DNA from: Nemertoderma westbladi
Lineage: Eukaryota > Animalia > Xenacoelomorpha
Assembly: GCA_032718475.1 (NCBI GenBank)
Contig: JAUCBJ010008167.1
Location: 1 to 64,000, forward strand
DNA: 64,000 nucleotides
Direction of reading: 5' to 3'
Each line of letters starts with the position of its first letter. The stretch's first letter is position 1. Positions 57,572 through 64,000 of this stretch are shown piece after piece. The position numbers and the translations under genes are program-made. Below the pieces are notes generated by a model. The model was given only the letters and a program-made list of their open reading frames with translations, was not told the origin of the DNA and did not search any database.

Positions 57572-58604
57572 TGAACTACAATCAACACGTGGCATCTAGT
57601 GAATAATGGTGCCGTCGATGAACTATTTCTTTAAATGTTAGAACAAACTTAACTGTAATAGACTTTGATTAACTCTGACAAGATTAACTGTAGGATCTAT
57701 GATTAACTCTGGGGGGCACCTTTATTAATAATGTAATATATATATAATAATAAAATGTAATATAACTTTTAACCTTCTATCTCCCAGTGTTCCCAATTGG
57801 GAGCAGTTTTTTAAATTCAACTGGAAGAAATTTAATTTAGGCTTATATTACTTTTTTTAATGTTAATATGTTTAGGAAGAGTGGAATATTGTTTTTAATT
57901 TTCAACTTCAAGTGTTTTCAAAGTCCAAGTTGGTCTTTTGGCATGCCAAATTATGCTGATTTTCATTTTTTTCGATTTTTGGGACATGCAAAAAATATTA
58001 ATCAAAAATGACAAATATGATATTCAAACCAGTGGCGACATTAAAATTAGGTTTTTAAATAATATGACATTATTATTTGAAAAAAAAAATCAGAAAAACG
58101 ACTTATCTTATGCAAAATTGATGTTCCCATTTGGCAACACTGGTGAGAAAATAGAATATCAAAAATGAGAAAATAATTTTACTCGATGTATTACTCAATA
58201 CGATGTAAAAATCATTTAAAATTACATAACGAATATGTTGGCCCTATTTATTTGTGTCCTGCTGTATCAAAAACGACCAGCTATTGTCCCATTTGGGAAC
58301 ACTATGGGAACGTATTTCTGCTGCAAAGTTATATAGTAAAATTGAACCAAATACTGTTTGACTATTGATGTAGGTAGGACGAATGCAATATAATATAATA
58401 CATATATAATGTATATATAATAACATATAATGTTATAATAATGTACATATAATAATATATAATGTAAAATATAAAATATAGTAAAATTGAACCAAATACT
58501 GTTTGACTATTGATGTAGGTAGGTAGGACGAATGCAATATGTATAGCTGAAATAAACCTTATTATGCATTTTTTGTCCCAGTTGGGAACAATTTTTGGTG
58601 TATA

Positions 58605-59215
58605 GGCTCGGCTCGGGACGCGAGAATAGGTCTAATTGAGCACAGTAAGGCGTGTTTACTCGGATCTGGACTCGAAATTAAAACTAATGGAGCACAGTAG
58701 GACGTGTTGGCTCGGTTCTGGACTCGAAAACATATCTAATGGAGCGCAGTAGGGTATGTTGGATCGGTTCTGGACTCGAAAATATATCTAATGGAGCGCA
58801 GTAGGGTATGTTGGATCGGCTCGGGATGCAAGAATAGATCTAATGGAGCGCAGTAGGGTATGTTGGATTGGATCGGGACGTGAGAACAGATCTAATTAAA
58901 GGCAGTAGGGCATTTTGGCTCGGGTCAAGACGCGAGAATATATCTAATGGAGCGCAGTGGGTATGTTGCATCGGTTCGGGATGCAAGAGTGATCTAATGG
59001 AGCATAATAGGGCGTGTTAGCTCAGTTCAGGGCTCGAAAATAGATCTAATGGAGCGTGCTGTAGGGCAATTTGGATCGGCTCAGGACGCGAATATAGATC
59101 TAATGGAGTGCAGTAGGGCGTGTTGGCTCAGTTCAGGGCTCAAAATAGATCGAATGGAGCGATGTAGAGCGTGTTGGCTCAGCTCAGGACTCGAAAATAG
59201 ATCTAAGGGAGCACA
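58605..59215. repeat. ~52-bp minisatellite, ~12 diverged copies
   Basis: Unit atctaatggagcgcagtagggtatgttggatcggttctggactcgaaaatat. Confidence 0.9.
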
Positions 59216-60002
59216 GTGTTCCCAAATGGGACTGACCTGGTTCTTAATAGTAGAATATAATTTCAACCAAAGCATCTCCCTAAGTTGTTTACTAAATCAA
59301 ATCAAACAAAATCCGTCACCATCGTTTACTAATTCAAATCACCCAAAAAACATCACCAGTGTTCCCAAATGGGACATGAAAGTCGGCCCCAAGACCAATA
59401 AAATTTTATAAAAGTCTATAAAATTGGAATCTGTTTGTGGTTTTTAATGTTTTGAATCATAACTTTTTACTTTTGTTATTATATAAAATATATTGGATTT
59501 GCTGTGCTGCCAGTGTTCCTAAATGGGAACAGGTCTTTTTTGAGAAAACTAACAGGCGCAATTAAAAATTTTTTTTTTTGCAATGTTTATTTTGCTGCCA
59601 ATGCTAACTGTATACAGAAATCTTATATTTTTATCAGATTATTATTCGGTTTCAGTGCATATAATATTTGTGCTTCGTGTGTATTGAATAGCCCATAAAG
59701 TTGTGTATATTGTTGCCTAACAACAGTTGTGGTATTACTGAACTCTCATTGGTAACTACCGAAGCCGGTATTCTTGCGTGTTATTGGCTGTTCTATTTTT
59801 ACTGAGCATTGTGTTGTGTATCCGTATATAATCGGTGTCCATCTCGACACGATAGGCTTAACCTTGATAACATCTCAGGTAATTTACATCGATTTTATAG
59901 CCTAGCGAGCCACGTTAGTTACAGTGGCCTGCAATATTTTACCTAGTCACTTGCGCTAGTCACTTGCAATTTGTAACTAATCATTTGCAATTTGCAACTT
60001 AA

Positions 60003-61004
60003 CCCTTTGAGCCCTAAGGACGTATATATACGTCCTCAACAGTGTCCTAAGGACGTATATATACGTCCTGGTGTTAATTGCTGCTAATGGGGATGATTCA
60101 AGTTTAGGTTATTCTAGCAGTGTTTATCCATCGCTTAGGACACTATACTATCCGTTTTAGTTAAAAAATAGTGATCTGGTGTTTGAGTTAGAGGTTGGAA
60201 TTCAACCAATCAGTGATGAGCTCCTTTTCAGAGAAAGCAGGCTGCTTATTGAAAGCAGATTGATTGTACCTTTTACTGTACAGTAGGATATGGCAGAGGT
60301 TTGAATGAGTAGCCCTTGAGAATTCCAACCAATCAGAGTTTATTTCCCTGTCAAGCTTTCCACTGTAATAATCTACTTTGTAAATAAATAAATACATGAC
60401 TGAAAAGTGAAAAGTGAAAACCTGGTATTCTTCATATTGGTGAATTACGTAATTGTATTTCGTAAATAGAATAATGGGTATGATGATTGTTCCTGTACTA
60501 GCATCCTGGTGGATTATTGTGGTAATTCTGCAATAATGATGCTATATTGCATTTTAGTATTACAATAATTATTCATTTATATTTATCATTCATTCACAGT
60601 TTAGGGCTCCAGGGCTCTGCCTTGATAAATGCTTTGCAGATTATCATAAATAAGTAATATAGATTATACCGGTACCATAAATAGACCATGAAATATAATA
60701 ATATATATGATATAGTTCAGAAAAATAAATATTTTTTTCATTTTTTAATTTTCAAAAATTATTTTTTTTTAAATTAAAAAAAATTTTAATTAAATTTTTT
60801 TTTTTAATTTTTAAAAATTTAATTTTTTTTAATTAAAAAAATATGAAGAATATCAATCATGACACCTTTTAAGATAAAAGTCAAATCATTTTAAAAATGT
60901 GTCATAACTTCTAGATGATTGGCATTGCCTTAACTGTGTTTTAAAGTTTGCTTAATTTTTAGGTTCTGGGGGGCTATTTAAAAAAGGGCCTAGTAACCAA
61001 AGGG
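60003..61004. mobile_element. piggyBac-type MITE
   Basis: TTAA|CCCTTTG...CAAAGGG|TTAA; palindrome aggacgtatatatacgtcct x2; the empty site (aacttaagtt) is visible in the sister copy at ~62081. Confidence 0.9.
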
Positions 61005-61664
61005 TTAAGTTTGCATTTACTATTATTGCATTACTTGTTGATGAATATATTGGACCAGAGATCAAACCAACTCGATTTCCACACGGTGAGTGTATTTGCG
61101 CCCTGTCAGTAATAAGATACGGTTCATTTAATGCGAATGTGTGAGTCCATAGTATTGTTATATTATTCCCAACTAGTAACTATTATTTACCAGCAATGCA
61201 AGTGATTCGAGTAAACCGTGCGCTTATCACGCACCAGGCCAATGTAGTGTCCTACCTGTGATATATGTAAGTCATACGTACATTTACTAGCCAACAACAC
61301 AATATAACGGAACGGTCTAAATGGGAACAGGTCTTTTTTGAGAAAACTAACAGGCGCAATTATTTTTTTTGCAATGTTTATTTTGCTGCCAATGCTAACT
61401 GTATACAGAAATCTTATATTTTTATCAGATTATTATTCGGTTTCAGTGCATATAATATTTGTGCTTCGTGTGTATCGAATAGCCCATAAAGTTGTGTATA
61501 TTGTTGCCTAACAACAGTTGTGGTATTACTGAACTCTCATTGGTAACTACCGAAGCCGGTATTCTTGCGTGTTATTGGCTGTTCTATTTTTACTGAACAT
61601 TGTGTTGTGTATCCGTATATAATCGGTGTCCATCTCGACACGATAGGCTTAACCTTGATAACAT

Positions 61665-61952
61665 GTCTCAGTGTCCGAGTGGATATGTCGCAGTGTCCGA
61701 GTGGATACGGCGCCTGAACTGCTTACACAATAGTGTTTGGTGGCGCAGGTTCGAATCCGACTAAAGGCTGTAGAAATTTCGCATTGTTGTGTCCCTAGGC
61801 AAGACACTTTAGACATTAGTGCCTACGCCAACCCAGCGGTATAATGGGAACCTAGCTTTGCTGGGGTAATGATAATAAAAGCGCTTTGAGTATGCCAAGC
61901 ATAATAAAGCGCTATATAAATAACCAATATTATTATTATTATTATTTATTAT
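61665..61952 (+). mobile_element. tRNA-derived SINE with duplicated 5' head
   Basis: A/B boxes, CORE-like segment, (ATT)n tail, TSD (T)AACAT; empty site at ~59865 in the sister copy. Confidence 0.9.
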
Positions 61953-64000
61953 TAACATCTCAGGTAATTTACATCGATTTTATAGCCTAGCGAGCCACGT
62001 TAGTTACAGTGGCCTGCAATATTTTACCTAGTCACTTGCGCTAGTCACTTGCAATTTGTAACTAATAATTTGCAATTTTCAACTTAAGTTTGCATTTACT
62101 ATTATTGCATTACTTGTTGATGAATATATTGGACCAGAGATCAAACCAACTCGATTTCCACACGGTGAGTGTATTTGCGCCCTGTCAGTAATAAGATTCG
62201 GTTCATTTAATACGAATGTGTGAGTCCATAGTATTGTTATATTATTCCCAACTAGTAACTATTATTTACCAGCAATGCAAGTGATTCGAGTAAACCGTGC
62301 GCTTATCACGCACCAGGCCAATGTAGTGTCCTACCTGTGATATATGTAAGTCATACGTACATTTACTAGCCAACAACACAATATAACGGAACGGTTTACA
62401 CGTAACTATCATACCCCTTTGAAGCAGTTTATAAGTGCTGAGGCCTTATACTTACAGTAACTAATTCTAGATCTCGTTAAGATATATATATTAGATAATA
62501 TATATATATACCCCCATACTTTCGTGAGTGTTCCTGCTATGAGGCAGGTATCCCGAGGCATTGATAACACTCATAAGAACTACATAATGGCTTGCTAGAC
62601 ATTTTCAGGTTAGCCTCCCATAAACGCCTCGACAGTTTAAGATGACTCGATTTGAAATAGTTTCAAAAATTTCAACGAAGTTGATCAGATTTAAAGAGGG
62701 TTGGGAAATAGAAGGTTAATTTGTTTGAATGCTTTGTCAAAACAAGTAAAATCAAAATATGGAATTGTATTGGTAATTTTATCATTGAACAAATCGCAAA
62801 GCAGGTATTAATTATTTTGTCTTTATTTTTGGCATTGGTGATGGGATTTGTAGGACACTTTCTTTGAATTAGCAAGTTGTCATATGCATACAGCAGGTGA
62901 GATTCCAGTTACCAAGATGAATAGTTAGCAAACGCTGTGCGGTAAACCCCCCTAATCCTACCGTGGTGCACAATTTCTTCTGACAGTCTATCAATTAACC
63001 TGCTTGATCAATATGGATTGAGGATATGTGTAGTTGAAGCCAATGAGTTACAATTCAGTGCCTTCTTCTGGCTGTAAAGAAAAGCCTGTTTCCTAATGAA
63101 ATTTATTAATCTTATTGTAGGTTTTCTCAATGAAACAATCACATATGAACTGTGTCACTACAGAGATATATGCTCTGCTCTGTTTGTGAAGATAATATTT
63201 AACACTGTGGCAAACACATGACTAGTAGTTGTGAAGATAATTGAAAACAGATGTAAAGGATACTGATTCATTAATTTTAATTACTTCCCACGAATTTGGA
63301 ATCCATAATAATTTAACGTAGCATTTTTCAAACAATAATAACATTCTTCATGCAAATCAAATGCTGTCGAGGATTGGGGGCATTTACGGTAATGTCTTGA
63401 GGAATGTTAACCCTATGTTTTGCGATGTGTTTCGTTGGGAAAAGAAATGTTAATTCTCTTCATACAGTCATATAAAACATACATTTAAAATAATAATAGG
63501 TAGCAACATTAAGAAGTGTACAGAATACATGCAGACTGACTAACATTGTCAACTGTCCAACAGCAGAAGAGGCACTTCCGGTGCATAATTACGGCAGCAA
63601 CTTACAGATAACTGCTTACGTCATGGTACTAGTAGTTGGTATACAGTATTACACGATTAAAGTTATACATACAGTATAAATTTTACGACACACTCCCGCC
63701 ACTAAGTTGACAATGGCATAACATTTACTTGTTACAATGTAAACTAATTAACAATATTTCACCAAAATAAAGCATATAAAAAATAATATCACCATATAAC
63801 GTATAATATATTTGATATTACAGATAAACAACAACAAAAAATAATCCCAAATTAAATTTTCAAAATAATTTTATTCTTGTTAATTTTATATTTTATCTCA
63901 ATCACTTTCGGTTTCGCTCTCATCATCGTAATATTTGGTAATACATTCTTTCGCACGAATCGCACTTTCACGTTTACTTACTATAGGTTTACTTTCAGTT

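Larger units (their letters stand above)
59568..62635 (-). mobile_element. Tandemly duplicated RTE-like LINE 3' UTR with poly(A) end
   Basis: Minus strand AATAAACATTGC-poly(A) at ~59568-59595 and ~61362-61385; both homologous to the 43156 and 47994 copies. Confidence 0.8.
57773..62715. mobile_element. piggyBac-type non-autonomous element with nested insertions
   Basis: TTAA|CCTTCTATCTCCC...GGGAAATAGAAGG|TTAA (13-bp TIR, 1 mismatch); repeated subterminal gtgttcccaaatggga motifs. Confidence 0.8.

Noticed and set aside
58605-59215. CRISPR-like array
   Set aside because: The variable parts are diverged copies of each other, so this is a minisatellite inside a TTAA element.
62720-63700. Possible host-gene exons on the minus strand (likewise 8940-9850, 29100-29600, 31340-31690)
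   Set aside because: Coding-like composition, but interrupted by stops and with no recognisable domain or consistent splice structure; not supportable without RNA data.

Overview
Eukaryotic, AT-rich, transposon-dense genomic DNA, probably from an invertebrate animal; no prokaryotic operons or CRISPR arrays are visible. It holds three Bel/Pao LTR-retrotransposon units. A (1..~6023, +) is decayed and internally deleted. B (9855..28679, -) is a young, nearly intact 18.8-kb provirus with 1913-bp LTRs and a GGTAG TSD, and has a related solo LTR at 31815..33675. C (~44412..47993, +) is a fragment. Main discovery: all three carry, downstream of pol, a homologous accessory ORF with a DEDDy (WRN/EXD2/Mut-7-like) 3'-5' exonuclease domain, followed in A and B by three tandem zinc knuckles. 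Element B also has non-canonical TA...TA LTR ends, hairpin repeats instead of a tRNA primer-binding site, a tRNA-like Pol III A/B-box module in U3, and a 17-nt near-palindromic motif repeated 11 times regardless of reading frame. The rest is RTE-like LINE fragments, tRNA-derived SINEs, nested TTAA (piggyBac-type) non-autonomous elements, minisatellites and two intronless host-like ORFs (a Cys-rich GPI-type protein and an LRR protein). All homologies were judged by eye; no searches were run.
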